A stretch of DNA of 61,409 nt, counting the filler, from Bacteriovoracaceae bacterium (GTDB lineage: Bacteria; Bdellovibrionota; Bacteriovoracia; Bacteriovoracales; Bacteriovoracaceae): assembly GCA_018649885.1 (NCBI GenBank). It is 6 parts of 6 records of this genome, joined end to end, with 100 filler letters (N's around TTAATTAATTAA, not from the genome) between each part and the next. Parts side by side here need not be neighbours in the genome. Positions count along the whole stretch, not along the records: positions 35,490 to 53,194 come from JABIHA010000110.1; 5 more parts are not named here. The stretch is one strand, 5' to 3'. The translations under genes were made by a program, and so were the position numbers. The notes under the pieces are model-generated. The model searched no databases. It had not been told where the DNA came from and saw nothing but the letters and a program-made list of their open reading frames with translations. Below are positions 41,318 through 51,022 of the stretch, in pieces; position 1 is the stretch's first letter, and each line of letters starts with the position of its first letter.

Positions 41318-41596
41318 ATGGAAGTAAGCTCTAGTAAAAGGATTGAAAGGTTATTAAAAATAACCTCCCACTACATGATGGGAGAACTAGAAAAAATTAT
41401 TTCTTTTGATTCCTTATCTGATGAACAAAAAGAACAAACAATTCAAGTGGCCTTGAAGTCATTAGAAACTTCTGCTGTCGTTGCAGATAAAGTTGTAAAT
41501 GAAAGAGGTTGGGATGATCAGCTAATCGACAAAACATGCACCCACATTGACAATGACCAATTTGAAGATGCCTACAATATATTGTTTAAAAATTAA
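41318..41596 (+). CDS. Hypothetical protein
   Basis: 92-aa ORF with AAGGA RBS, divergent from the nar operon. Confidence 0.7.
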   Translation: MEVSSSKRIERLLKITSHYMMGELEKIISFDSLSDEQKEQTIQVALKSLETSAVVADKVVNERGWDDQLIDKTCTHIDNDQFEDAYNILFKN

Positions 41597-41650
41597 TTTA
41601 AGTAGAAAAAAAGTTAAACAATTTCACAAAAAATTTTTTAAAACATTATT

Positions 41651-41784
41651 TTTTAAATAGGTTATACGCTGACCTATATATATCTTTTTAAATAGGCCAT
41701 ACGCTGACCTATATATATTTTTCAAATAGGTTAAGCGCTGGCTTATATATTTTTTCAAATAGGTTTATCCAACACCTATTTGAA
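41651..41784. repeat. Four tandem ~34-bp hairpin-containing repeats
   Basis: TTTT(A/C)AAATAGG...ACGCTGACCTATATATAT units with ATAGG/CCTAT arms. Confidence 0.8.
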
Positions 41785-41789
41785 TTCTC

Positions 41790-41828
41790 AAAAAAAAAGC
41801 CAAGTAGATTTCTACTTGGCCTTCTTTA
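41790..41828 (-). terminator. narK terminator
   Basis: A-run + GCCAAGTAGA-TT-TCTACTTGGC (followed by a U-tract on the minus strand). Confidence 0.85.
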
Positions 41829-41848
41829 TTAGTTACTCAAATCTTTAA

Positions 41849-43441
41849 TTAAGGATTTTTGTGATCTGCTTTTGGTCCTAGGTAGTACCACCAATTAATT
41901 ATGGCGCAAAGTGCATAGAAAACAGCAAAGCCATAAAGTGCGTACTGAGGAGTAGTTGCTTTAATTTGTTCCCCAAATACTTTTGGAATAATAAAAGCAC
42001 CGTAAGCTGCAACTGCTGAAGTCCATCCCAGCACAGGCCCTCTTTGCTCCTCATTGAATATCATGGCAATAGTTCTAAAGGTTGAGCCGTTACCAACGCC
42101 TGTTGCTGTAAACAAGATGATAAAGATAATGAAAAATGGCATGAAATACTGCTCAGGAGTTTCTGAACCGTAAGCAAGAACCATATAGTGAGCAGCACCG
42201 AAAGAACATGCTACCATCACAACAGAACAAATCTGTGTCACTAATGCACCACCAACTCTATCTGAAATCCAACCACCAACAGGCCTTATCAAGGCACCTA
42301 CAAATGGCCCTAGCCATGCATAGGCAAGAGCAGACGGCCCATTTGGATTTACCATACTGTGGTCAAAACCACCTCCAGCAATCGCCACATGCTTGAAGCC
42401 AAAAATGACTTTAATTGAAAGTGGAAAAGCTGCAGAAAATCCAATGAAAGATCCAAAGGTCATAGTATAGATAACTGTCATAACCCAAGTGTGTTTTTCA
42501 TTGAAGATTTTATACTGACGTTTAAGCGAGTCTCCGATTTCTCCAGGCAAAAGCCTCATGAGAAATACAGTTGCGGCAATAACGATTGGCAACACAATCC
42601 ACTTAGAGATTCCTATTTTGAGTAATAGCCACAATCCAAAAGCTGCTGTTGCAAAACCAATAAGAAGTAGTCCAGTCATCTTACCTACAGCAGAAGCCGT
42701 TGATCCAACATCAGGAGATACGGCCTTGACCTTAAGATTATTCATCAAAAGAAAGCCAAGCACTGTTAATACGATAAGAAAGGGAACCCAAATAAACCCT
42801 GCATTGTGAATATATGACAACTCACCAGCTGGAATTTTTCCAATGAGTGAGCCACTACTTTTAACAAGTGTCATGGGCTTGCCACCGAACATGCCAAAAG
42901 TCATAACGAGTGGAACTAGAATCTGCATAGTGGTCACACCAAAGTTTCCAAGACCTGCATTGAGTCCTAAGGCCATACCTTGAACTTTCTTAGGGTAGAA
43001 GAAGCTAATATTACTCATGGACGAGGCAAAGTTTCCTCCTCCAAAACCGGATAGCAATGCTAAACACTGAAATACCCAAAGAGGAGTATTCATGTCTTGT
43101 AGGGCAATCCCCGCACCGAGAGCTGGTAAAATCAAAAGTCCCGTAGTGTAAAAGATTGTGTTTCTACCCCCACACGGCCTAATAAAGAAGGTGGAAGGAA
43201 TCCTTAGAGTTGCTCCTGTCAGGCCTGCAATTGCCATCAGCGAAAACAGCTGACTTTTCGCAAAAGGAAAACCAAGGTTGAGCATTTGAACAGTGATGAT
43301 ACTCCAGTATAACCATACGGCAAAACCGCATAAAAGGCTCGGGATTGAAATCCATAGATTTCGGTTGGCAATTGACTTACCTTCAGACTCCCAAAATTTT
43401 TCATCTTCGGGATTCCAGGTCGTTAGATTTGGTCCGGACAC
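41849..43441 (-). CDS. narK: Nitrate/nitrite MFS transporter; start likely GTG 43441
   Basis: WNPEDEKFW...IANRNLWISI, GFGGGNFASSMSNIS, GLNAGLGNFG, GVGNGSTF; AGGAGA RBS. Confidence 0.95.
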   Translation of the reverse strand: MSGPNLTTWNPEDEKFWESEGKSIANRNLWISIPSLLCGFAVWLYWSIITVQMLNLGFPFAKSQLFSLMAIAGLTGATLRIPSTFFIRPCGGRNTIFYTTGLLILPALGAGIALQDMNTPLWVFQCLALLSGFGGGNFASSMSNISFFYPKKVQGMALGLNAGLGNFGVTTMQILVPLVMTFGMFGGKPMTLVKSSGSLIGKIPAGELSYIHNAGFIWVPFLIVLTVLGFLLMNNLKVKAVSPDVGSTASAVGKMTGLLLIGFATAAFGLWLLLKIGISKWIVLPIVIAATVFLMRLLPGEIGDSLKRQYKIFNEKHTWVMTVIYTMTFGSFIGFSAAFPLSIKVIFGFKHVAIAGGGFDHSMVNPNGPSALAYAWLGPFVGALIRPVGGWISDRVGGALVTQICSVVMVACSFGAAHYMVLAYGSETPEQYFMPFFIIFIILFTATGVGNGSTFRTIAMIFNEEQRGPVLGWTSAVAAYGAFIIPKVFGEQIKATTPQYALYGFAVFYALCAIINWWYYLGPKADHKNP

Positions 43442-43513
43442 AATATTTTCTCCTATAAAGGTTTTTAAAAATAATCGATTTAATCCATCATATCTAAAAT
43501 TTTGCATTAAAAT

Positions 43514-43527
43514 ATGAGATAGATCAA
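43514..43527 (-). promoter_or_regulatory. FNR-like box upstream of narK
   Basis: Minus strand reads TTGAT-CTAT-CTCAT, one perfect half site. Confidence 0.5.
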
Positions 43528-43847
43528 AGAGTGAACTAATCAATTACTTGCCTGAATCAGTTTATTTATCATCTTTATGGAAAGAGTTCAGAGATTTTTA
43601 GATAGAAAGAATTGGCTCAAAATGCCTCAAAGCTCGACTACCACTAGGACTACATTATTGACTCGCACCAGGGATAAGAAAAGCTGGCACTTCAAATAAA
43701 TTTTATAGTTATTTATTCTTTAACTATGGGCCAAGAGTAAATCTATCTTAAAATTGTGAGGAAGAAATTTGACCGCAAGAAACCGTTCCTGCGCACTTGG
43801 AAAAATAAAGAGAAAACAACTATCACAAAAAATCAGACTTCAAACTT

Positions 43848-43878
43848 AAAAGTGCCAACTCACCTGTTGACACTTTTT
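43848..43878 (-). terminator. Terminator of the cold-shock gene
   Basis: AAAAGTGCCAAC-TCACCT-GTTGACACTTTT. Confidence 0.7.
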
Positions 43879-43892
43879 ACTACAATCTAAAA

Positions 43893-44087
43893 TTAGCTTC
43901 TGCTTACTTGAACAGCACAAGGACCTTTCTTTCCTTCGCCAATTTCGTATTCAACAGAATCACCTTCTTTAATTGGTCCACCAACAATACCAGAAGCATG
44001 AACAAACAAATCTTTTGCACCGTCACTTGGTTCAATAAATCCAAAACCTTTTTCTTCATTAAAAAACTTAACTGTACCCTTTTCCAA
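43893..44087 (-). CDS. cspA: Cold-shock protein
   Basis: [15 protein letters not shown] (RNP1), DLFVH (RNP2), GKKGPCA. Confidence 0.95.
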   Translation of the reverse strand: MEKGTVKFFNEEKGFGFIEPSDGAKDLFVHASGIVGGPIKEGDSVEYEIGEGKKGPCAVQVSRS

Positions 44088-44226
44088 AACTCACTCCATT
44101 TTAGCGTTTTCCTGTTTTAGGAAAACCAACTTTTTCGCTTATTATAATCAGAAACACTCATAGCGCCAGTCCCTAAATCAGAGAATTTTGAAACATCACT
44201 CAACTTTTGCACAGCACCGTTTGTGT

Positions 44227-45090
44227 TTATTTTGATAATGATCTCAACTTAATGATCCTGCTCATTAATTTTTTAACTTTTGCAGGAACAAGCTCTCCTC
44301 CAGTCTTTGTAGAAATAGAAGTTCCAACAATAACTGCATCCACATGAGGAAAAAGTTTTTCTGCATTTAAGTAGGAAAATCCTGAGCCCTGAATAACGGG
44401 AAAGGACTTGTCATCAATTCGAGCACTCTTTAAACGGCGAGCACTAGGCGGCATACCAGACTTTCTTCCTGAGACAATGACACCATCACTACCATAGTGC
44501 TTGGCCTCCGTGGCCGAGGTTTTCATTTTCTTAGTCGTATCTTTCATAAGAGCGTATTTGACTTGAATATCTGTAAACAAATAGACATCCTCGCCTCCAA
44601 TTCTTTTTTTGTATTTCATCAAAGAGACAGGATCAATTGGAACGAGTTTTTTATCAGCAAACATTTCATCCACAAAGAAATCAAGTCTGACAAACTTTGA
44701 TCCCGAATCAACCGCTAGCTTTAAAGTTTTTTTAGGGTAGTGCCAAAGAATTTCGACTCCTATAACAACACTATGAGATCTCTTTACGATTTCAGTCATA
44801 ATAGTAGTCATATTCTCCATTTGAGTTTTGTTTATACGAGGATATAAAATTCCACCCAAACTAAACTCAAATAAGGCTGCTTCAACTCCATGATCTTCCA
44901 AAATTTTAATCTGAGAAAATGCTGTGTCGATAGCTTTCTGAACTTCTAGGTCATCTTCACCTTTAAAATTTCCGTGAATCATAAGTGCTGCAATTATAGA
45001 CTGCTTCACTGGAAAGAGTTTTTTTAAGGGCCGGTTTGCAAATGCCCCCGATGACAAAATGAGAAGCGACAGTATTAAAGATAGTTTCAT
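44227..45090 (-). CDS. BtpA/SgcQ family TIM-barrel protein with N-terminal signal-like peptide
   Basis: FTDIQVKY, DGVIVSG..SG, GSG...NA, DAVIVGTS. Confidence 0.82.
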   Translation of the reverse strand: MKLSLILSLLILSSGAFANRPLKKLFPVKQSIIAALMIHGNFKGEDDLEVQKAIDTAFSQIKILEDHGVEAALFEFSLGGILYPRINKTQMENMTTIMTEIVKRSHSVVIGVEILWHYPKKTLKLAVDSGSKFVRLDFFVDEMFADKKLVPIDPVSLMKYKKRIGGEDVYLFTDIQVKYALMKDTTKKMKTSATEAKHYGSDGVIVSGRKSGMPPSARRLKSARIDDKSFPVIQGSGFSYLNAEKLFPHVDAVIVGTSISTKTGGELVPAKVKKLMSRIIKLRSLSK

Positions 45091-45597
45091 AAGCTCACCA
45101 TGGATAGTAGGTTTGCGAGTCAAAGACCCAGTAAGCTTTTTGAATTAACATATTTAGATCAAAAGTAAATGGGGAGTGACGTTAGCCCAAAGAATACTCA
45201 ATGTAATAACGATGTCTTATAGCTTTCCCTCTTTTAAAAGCCTCTTTCACAATATGGGGTTTTTCTTTTCAAGTCCATTGGGATGATAAGTAATGACTTC
45301 ATCAACTAAAGCGAGCGCGCGATCATATTTACTGGTGGTATCCAAAGGAGCCACATTTCCTTCATTAGCATTTTGAGAACTCATTTGAACCTTACTAGCA
45401 ACCACTGCGCTTTTCTCACCAAAACCAAAAAAACCTATGGTGAAAGCTAGTCCACCTCTTCACCCGACTATTCGGTCTAATAAGCTAAAAACTGATCCCC
45501 AAAGACCTTCTAAAGCACTGATTCCTGGAAGCTTCCTGACTAAAGTCCTCAGGCATTATGCCGAAAGGTCAGGTGAAGATCAAACATAGGATATTGA

Positions 45598-46596
45598 TTG
45601 AAATTAGGGCCGTTACATAAAAAGTGCATCACCATTGGAGTTCCCGTCTTTAATGAAGAAGAGGGAATTGTAGAGTTTTTGAATCAAATTGAATCTGTTG
45701 TATCTGACATAAAACAAACCTATTCAAATCTAAGTGTTGGCCTTCAATTTATCAATGATGGTTCATGGGACCAAACTGAAGAGATTTTAAAAAACTATCA
45801 AAGCAAAAATCTTGATTTCATTAAGATCAAATCTTTTTCCGCCAACTTTGGACACCCAGCTGCCATATCTGCAATTTACGATATTTTCGATGCAGACGCA
45901 TTAATTCTTATGGACAGTGATCTTCAAGATGAACCCAAAGTGCTCTCTAGTCTTATTTATAAGTGGTTATCAGGAGCCGACTGCGTAAGAGTAGTCAGAG
46001 GTAGTCGAGGTGAGGGATGGGTTTTTAAATTAGGTGCAAAAATATTTTATACATTTTATGAAAAACTATCTGGGTTAAAAGGAAATATAGGAATTTTTGG
46101 ACTCTATGACAAAAAAGTCGTCCACGCTTTAAAAAGTTATCCAGAAAGAATGAGATACATCCCAGGACTAATTTCCACTGTGGGTTTTAAAACTGATTAC
46201 ATTGTAAGTGATCGAAACTCAAGATTTACAAGTGAATCTAAAGTGGGCTGGATCAGACTCATAAGACTAGCTATTGTGGGGGCCCTTTCTTTTTCCCATA
46301 TCCCCATACATTTAATTACAAGCCTGGGTTTTATCGTTTCAATTATTTCATTCTTACTTTGTATTGCCGTTGTTGGCACAAAGCTTTTTACAGATATGGC
46401 CATTCCTGGGTGGGCATCTTTTATGACAACTCAATTCTTCTTCGGAGGAGTTATTATATTATGCCTGGGAGTGATTGGGCAGTATGTGGCGATTATTCAT
46501 CAAGAAGTAAAAAATAGACCTCTATATATATGGCGAGACAGTGAAAATGAAAAACAGCTTGAAGAAAGAGAATTCAAAGAAAGAAAATCTTCCTGA
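45598..46596 (+). CDS. GT2 polyprenol-phosphate glycosyltransferase (GtrB/ArnC-like)
   Basis: VPVFNEE, INDGS.D, NFGH..A, MDSDLQDEP, two C-terminal TM helices, EVKNRPLY. Confidence 0.92.
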   Translation: MKLGPLHKKCITIGVPVFNEEEGIVEFLNQIESVVSDIKQTYSNLSVGLQFINDGSWDQTEEILKNYQSKNLDFIKIKSFSANFGHPAAISAIYDIFDADALILMDSDLQDEPKVLSSLIYKWLSGADCVRVVRGSRGEGWVFKLGAKIFYTFYEKLSGLKGNIGIFGLYDKKVVHALKSYPERMRYIPGLISTVGFKTDYIVSDRNSRFTSESKVGWIRLIRLAIVGALSFSHIPIHLITSLGFIVSIISFLLCIAVVGTKLFTDMAIPGWASFMTTQFFFGGVIILCLGVIGQYVAIIHQEVKNRPLYIWRDSENEKQLEEREFKERKSS

Positions 46597-47320
46597 ACTA
46601 AGCTTAGTTGAAAGCGGAGAAACTTATCACTATCCAGGTGATGAGCTTAGCCTTTTTCAACACGCAACCAATTGGAAGAGCTACTTTGCGAGGCTTATAA
46701 AACCATATCTTTCAGGAGATATTCTTGAGGTTGGAGCAGGATGCGGAGGCACCACCCCCCTTTTATTTAATGAAAATGTGCAATCGTGGACTTGTCTTGA
46801 ACCTGATTTGGCACTATTCAAAATATTAAATTCATCTATCTCACAATTTGAAGGCCAGCAAAAGATTAAGACCATAAACTATGGCCTTGATGGACTAGAG
46901 ACTGATAAAAAGTATGACGTCATACTATATATCGATGTGCTAGAGCATATTGAAGATGATAAAAGTGAAATGCAAAAGGCCTTCGCAAAATTAAATGATG
47001 GAGGCCACATCATTATTCTCTCACCTGCACACAATTTATTATTTAGCCCCTTCGATGAACAAGTGGGACACTACAGAAGATATAACCGCTCTAGTTTGCA
47101 ATCGGCAATCCCCGACCAAACCCACCAGGTTTGTCTAAACTATTTAGATTCAGTTGGTTTTTTTGCTTCTCTTGCAAATAAAATTCTTTTAAAGCAGTCA
47201 AACCCAAGCGCCTCCCAAATAAAGGTCTGGGACTCGTACCTAGTACCCCTTTCAAAAATTTTCGACCAATTACTGGCCTACCAGTTTGGAAAATCAATCC
47301 TAGGTATATGGTCTAAATAG
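46541..47320 (+). CDS. Class I SAM-dependent methyltransferase
   Basis: ILEVGAGCG, YDVILYIDVLEHIEDD, GHYRRY. Confidence 0.9.
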   Translation: MKMKNSLKKENSKKENLPELSLVESGETYHYPGDELSLFQHATNWKSYFARLIKPYLSGDILEVGAGCGGTTPLLFNENVQSWTCLEPDLALFKILNSSISQFEGQQKIKTINYGLDGLETDKKYDVILYIDVLEHIEDDKSEMQKAFAKLNDGGHIIILSPAHNLLFSPFDEQVGHYRRYNRSSLQSAIPDQTHQVCLNYLDSVGFFASLANKILLKQSNPSASQIKVWDSYLVPLSKIFDQLLAYQFGKSILGIWSK

Positions 47321-47361
47321 CCAAAATCTCAGTAATTTCAGTAGCGTGCCGATTAGAATTC

Positions 47362-49092
47362 ATGATTAATACGATTAAAGACAAACTCAGGGCACCCATT
47401 GAGCTCACCTCAAAATATGGGGCCAATAAATTTGTAAAATTATTTATTGTGAGTATGCTAACCCTCACCTTATTTATCAGAGCAGTCTTGTTTGCAAATG
47501 ATCATGGTGCTGTAGAACATGATAGTGGTTGGTATATCGGCACCGCCTGGAACTTGGCCAATAACTATAAATACGCGTCTCTTATATCAACTTCATATAA
47601 ACCAGGAGTGGGTGCCTCAAGAAGTATCCACACCAGACCTATAGTCCAAGATAAAGAGGGCCATAACTACTTTTCAGCTGGAGTCACCGTAGGCCCCGGC
47701 TATATTATTCCTCAGGCCATATTATTTTTTATCTTTGGAGATGGTCCTTGGGTCAACCGTGCTTGGCCTCTTATGGGATACCTTCTATTAGTCTTCTTCT
47801 CACTTGCTACTGTTTACTATTTAGGAAATTGGTTATCTCTGCTGGCATTTTTTCTATTTCTCTACAGCACACCCAGGTTTTCCATTCAATTTGCTTTTGA
47901 AGCATTCTCAGAACACATTGCAGTTTTATTTGGCCTATTAGCTTTTATTGTTTTTCACATCAATACATTTCAAAACAAAAGAGACTATCAAAAAAAATGG
48001 GTCTACTTGGTATCGGGCATGTTGGTCTCCATGTCATATCTTACAAAAATGTTAGGGCTATTTATTGTCCCAGCATTTTTAACACCTTTTTTCATGCAAA
48101 TGTATCAAAGTGATAACAAGAAAGAGACATTGAAATTGTGGTTTATTTGGGGCTTTGGAATTTTAATTCCAATCATTGCCTATGAAGCATATCGATTTCT
48201 AATTCTCACCATTAAATTTGGATTCTCTGCTTGGCAGGCAAGTAATGAAGAGATCAAAAGTGTTCTTAACTCTGGAGGCTCTGGAGTTAGTAATCTAAAA
48301 AATATGAGTCTTGAAATTTTCGTAGGCAGGTGGAAGGTATGGAAGTACGCTGGCATCTATGAATCAAGTGCTTTTGGAATTTTATTTATTTTATGCCTCA
48401 TTGGAATCATCTACTTTTCTAAGAAGAAAGATCGTCTTATAAACTACCACTTCATAACCATGGGACTCCCCCTGGTTATTTGGTTTTGCTCTCTTTCAAA
48501 GACAGGTTGGTTTAGACATATTTGGATAGGAGCGTGGTTCGTGGTTATGACACTGGCCATTGGCTGGGGCTATCTCTCTGAACGTCAAAGAGAGTTTAGT
48601 TTAAAGTTATGGGTCTTCACCATTTTCACACAAGGAATTTATTTTTCTTATGTGATCTTTTCCACCAACCCCTACTTTGATATGAAATATCGTCTTGGCG
48701 CTTCGGTTGTTGAAAATTGGAATAACACTAGAGGCTATGCAGGACTCCCCTCTGTGACTCTATTCGATCAAAAAGAGCAAAATGAATATGTAGACTGGAT
48801 AGTAAAAAATGTAAAACCTGAAGACACTCTTTTCTTTGATGGATGGATGCTAGTTGCAGAAATCCCACCACTCATAAAAAGAACGACCCATTGCTTTAGT
48901 AAATACAAAGAAATGAGGCCTACTATGAAGGGCAAGTCCTACCTGATGTTTGGTCCCTATCAGCTCAAATCACCCATAAGAATTAAAGACGATAAATATG
49001 TAAACACCATCAAAGAAGCAGTATGTAGCAAAACAGTATTTAAAAACCCATCATATCATCTATGTGAAGTAGATCCTGAGAAACATAAATAA
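47362..49092 (+). CDS. Polytopic membrane protein, probable GT-C glycosyltransferase
   Basis: Many TM segments; EHD motif in first loop; follows GT2 and methyltransferase genes. Confidence 0.65.
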   Translation: MINTIKDKLRAPIELTSKYGANKFVKLFIVSMLTLTLFIRAVLFANDHGAVEHDSGWYIGTAWNLANNYKYASLISTSYKPGVGASRSIHTRPIVQDKEGHNYFSAGVTVGPGYIIPQAILFFIFGDGPWVNRAWPLMGYLLLVFFSLATVYYLGNWLSLLAFFLFLYSTPRFSIQFAFEAFSEHIAVLFGLLAFIVFHINTFQNKRDYQKKWVYLVSGMLVSMSYLTKMLGLFIVPAFLTPFFMQMYQSDNKKETLKLWFIWGFGILIPIIAYEAYRFLILTIKFGFSAWQASNEEIKSVLNSGGSGVSNLKNMSLEIFVGRWKVWKYAGIYESSAFGILFILCLIGIIYFSKKKDRLINYHFITMGLPLVIWFCSLSKTGWFRHIWIGAWFVVMTLAIGWGYLSERQREFSLKLWVFTIFTQGIYFSYVIFSTNPYFDMKYRLGASVVENWNNTRGYAGLPSVTLFDQKEQNEYVDWIVKNVKPEDTLFFDGWMLVAEIPPLIKRTTHCFSKYKEMRPTMKGKSYLMFGPYQLKSPIRIKDDKYVNTIKEAVCSKTVFKNPSYHLCEVDPEKHK

Positions 49093-49098
49093 GCATTT

Positions 49099-50664
49099 TT
49101 ACTTTGTTAAAAGGTAGGTTTTGACAGATTCTTTGCCTAAGGACTTCATATGTTCTATGTCTCTGCTTGAAACAGGAATCCCTTCTCCTTTTCCCACTGT
49201 TAGGTATTTAAAAAATGGAGATTCAGGCAGAGCATAGTACTGAGTTCCAAAGGGTGAGAGATTAGGAGACTCCCAAACCATATGAAACCTGGGTGCTACT
49301 GGATGATAAACGTATTTCATCTCGCTAATGGCATTAAAAGCACCCGCCCCATAATAGAGAAAAAATGGAATCAAGGCCCACTTAGGTAGCATAGTTTTTG
49401 ATTTTCTCAAAAAATCTAAGAGAAGTATCATGAAAATAAATAAGCTGGGCATCACTCCTCTCATGCACAGGTCATTAAAAGTCCCGAATTTATAATAGAG
49501 TAATCCGAACATTGTAAGACTCATAATGATGAACAGAAACCTTTTATCAGCTTTGTATTCTTTAAAAAATGGTAAAAAGAGGTAGAGAAATAGAGGTAGA
49601 AACTCAAAGCTCGAAAATAAGAAAACACTTCTAAAAAACCTAGGCCATACCGGATCAACTCTCCCACTAGGATGATTCATCACGCCTGAACTCAAATATA
49701 GCATCATCAGCAAAAGCAAACCTATGCCAAATAAATTCTCATAACTAAATGTATCCTTTAGTTTTTTATTCCTAATGAAGTCAGCTGCCATATGATAAGC
49801 ATAGAAAAAGAATAGCCCGAGAGTGGCAAACGGTGACCAAAAAGCGGTCAGACTAAACCACAATAGGGAGTGCCTAGATGAATGTTTTTTAATAATCTGA
49901 TTGTAGATGATTCCAGCAAAGGCCCAGCTAGTAATCATGTGTTGTGGCACCCAGGCAAACTGACTTTGGCTACCTGAAAATTGCCAAGGTCTTATCCAAA
50001 ACTCAAGATGTTGACCAAACATAAAAGGCTTTCCGTGGACATACATATTTCCGAACAAATCCAGCCCTGAAAATAGTATCAAAAAGAGCATATATCTGAT
50101 TTTCAAAGCTCCGAGGCCTCTAAAGGCCCACATCACAGCGATAAAAAGCCCAAGATTAGCGGTAATCACCTGGGAACGGAGTCCCGGAAGATATCCAAAT
50201 AGCTTTCCAAATAAGGCAGAGTAAATATAGTACCCAAAATAGTAGACTACATAAAATCCCTTATTAGCACCTTTCTCTAGTGGGTGAAAGATTGGCCATT
50301 CATACTTGATCAGTGAGTTGAACATGGCATTGTGTTTGTACCAGTCTGCAGTTTGCTTACCAAGACTTCCCTGACCACAAATATGACCCCAGAGAAAAAT
50401 AAGGACGATCACCCCAATAATTGAAAAAAGGCTTAGATTGATTTTTCCATCACCAAAGCTTGCCTTGGGAAGCTTGTGAAGTTTATAGGCCGTGGTAAAA
50501 TAGAAAATAGAAAAAATGAGAGTAACCCATGCCTTAGAAGAACCTACAAGATAGATCCATACAGGAAGAGAGAAATACCAAAAAGTGGCAAGCTCTAAGC
50601 TCTTAGAAGTGTCAAACTCACGAGATTTAAGAAGAGAATTTTTTAAATTTTTTAATTTTTCCAT
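49099..50664 (-). CDS. Polytopic membrane protein, GT-C-like
   Basis: DWYKHNA, VYYFGYY, WVPQH, NDLCMR; many TM segments. Confidence 0.6.
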   Translation of the reverse strand: MEKLKNLKNSLLKSREFDTSKSLELATFWYFSLPVWIYLVGSSKAWVTLIFSIFYFTTAYKLHKLPKASFGDGKINLSLFSIIGVIVLIFLWGHICGQGSLGKQTADWYKHNAMFNSLIKYEWPIFHPLEKGANKGFYVVYYFGYYIYSALFGKLFGYLPGLRSQVITANLGLFIAVMWAFRGLGALKIRYMLFLILFSGLDLFGNMYVHGKPFMFGQHLEFWIRPWQFSGSQSQFAWVPQHMITSWAFAGIIYNQIIKKHSSRHSLLWFSLTAFWSPFATLGLFFFYAYHMAADFIRNKKLKDTFSYENLFGIGLLLLMMLYLSSGVMNHPSGRVDPVWPRFFRSVFLFSSFEFLPLFLYLFLPFFKEYKADKRFLFIIMSLTMFGLLYYKFGTFNDLCMRGVMPSLFIFMILLLDFLRKSKTMLPKWALIPFFLYYGAGAFNAISEMKYVYHPVAPRFHMVWESPNLSPFGTQYYALPESPFFKYLTVGKGEGIPVSSRDIEHMKSLGKESVKTYLLTK

Positions 50665-50877
50665 TAGCGTACTTATCAGTTTAGCTCATTACCAGCTTTT
50701 CCAATAGTTCAATTTAATGAGCGTATCAGAGCAAAATGATAGCCTTAAATCAGCGCCAAGAATGAATAGACCATACCCTTTACCACAACAGCTTTGAGTT
50801 TTTTTCTTGGAAATCAAACAAGATTATGCTACCGTAATAATCAACTATATCACCCACCCTTAATTAAGGAGGCCAAT

Positions 50878-50937
50878 ATGAAAGTCATCAATCAAATTAA
50901 TGTAGGTCTTCTATCTTCAAATTTTAGAGCAAACTAA
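50878..50937 (+). CDS. Putative 19-aa leader peptide (MKVINQINVGLLSSNFRAN)
   Basis: Strong AAGGAGG RBS; lies upstream of rsgA; contains a sequence complementary to the downstream leader. Confidence 0.55.
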   Translation: MKVINQINVGLLSSNFRAN

Positions 50938-51022
50938 AGAGCACTATTTCTAGTTTCATTTCTAATTCTTAAGTCATCAGACAAGACCTACTTGTTAAGC
51001 AATTTATTTATTCAATTTAACA

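Noticed and set aside
45230..45460. Short minus-strand reading frame between btpA and the GT2 gene
   Set aside because: Under 60 aa from its ATG, interrupted upstream and no recognisable family; at most a gene remnant.
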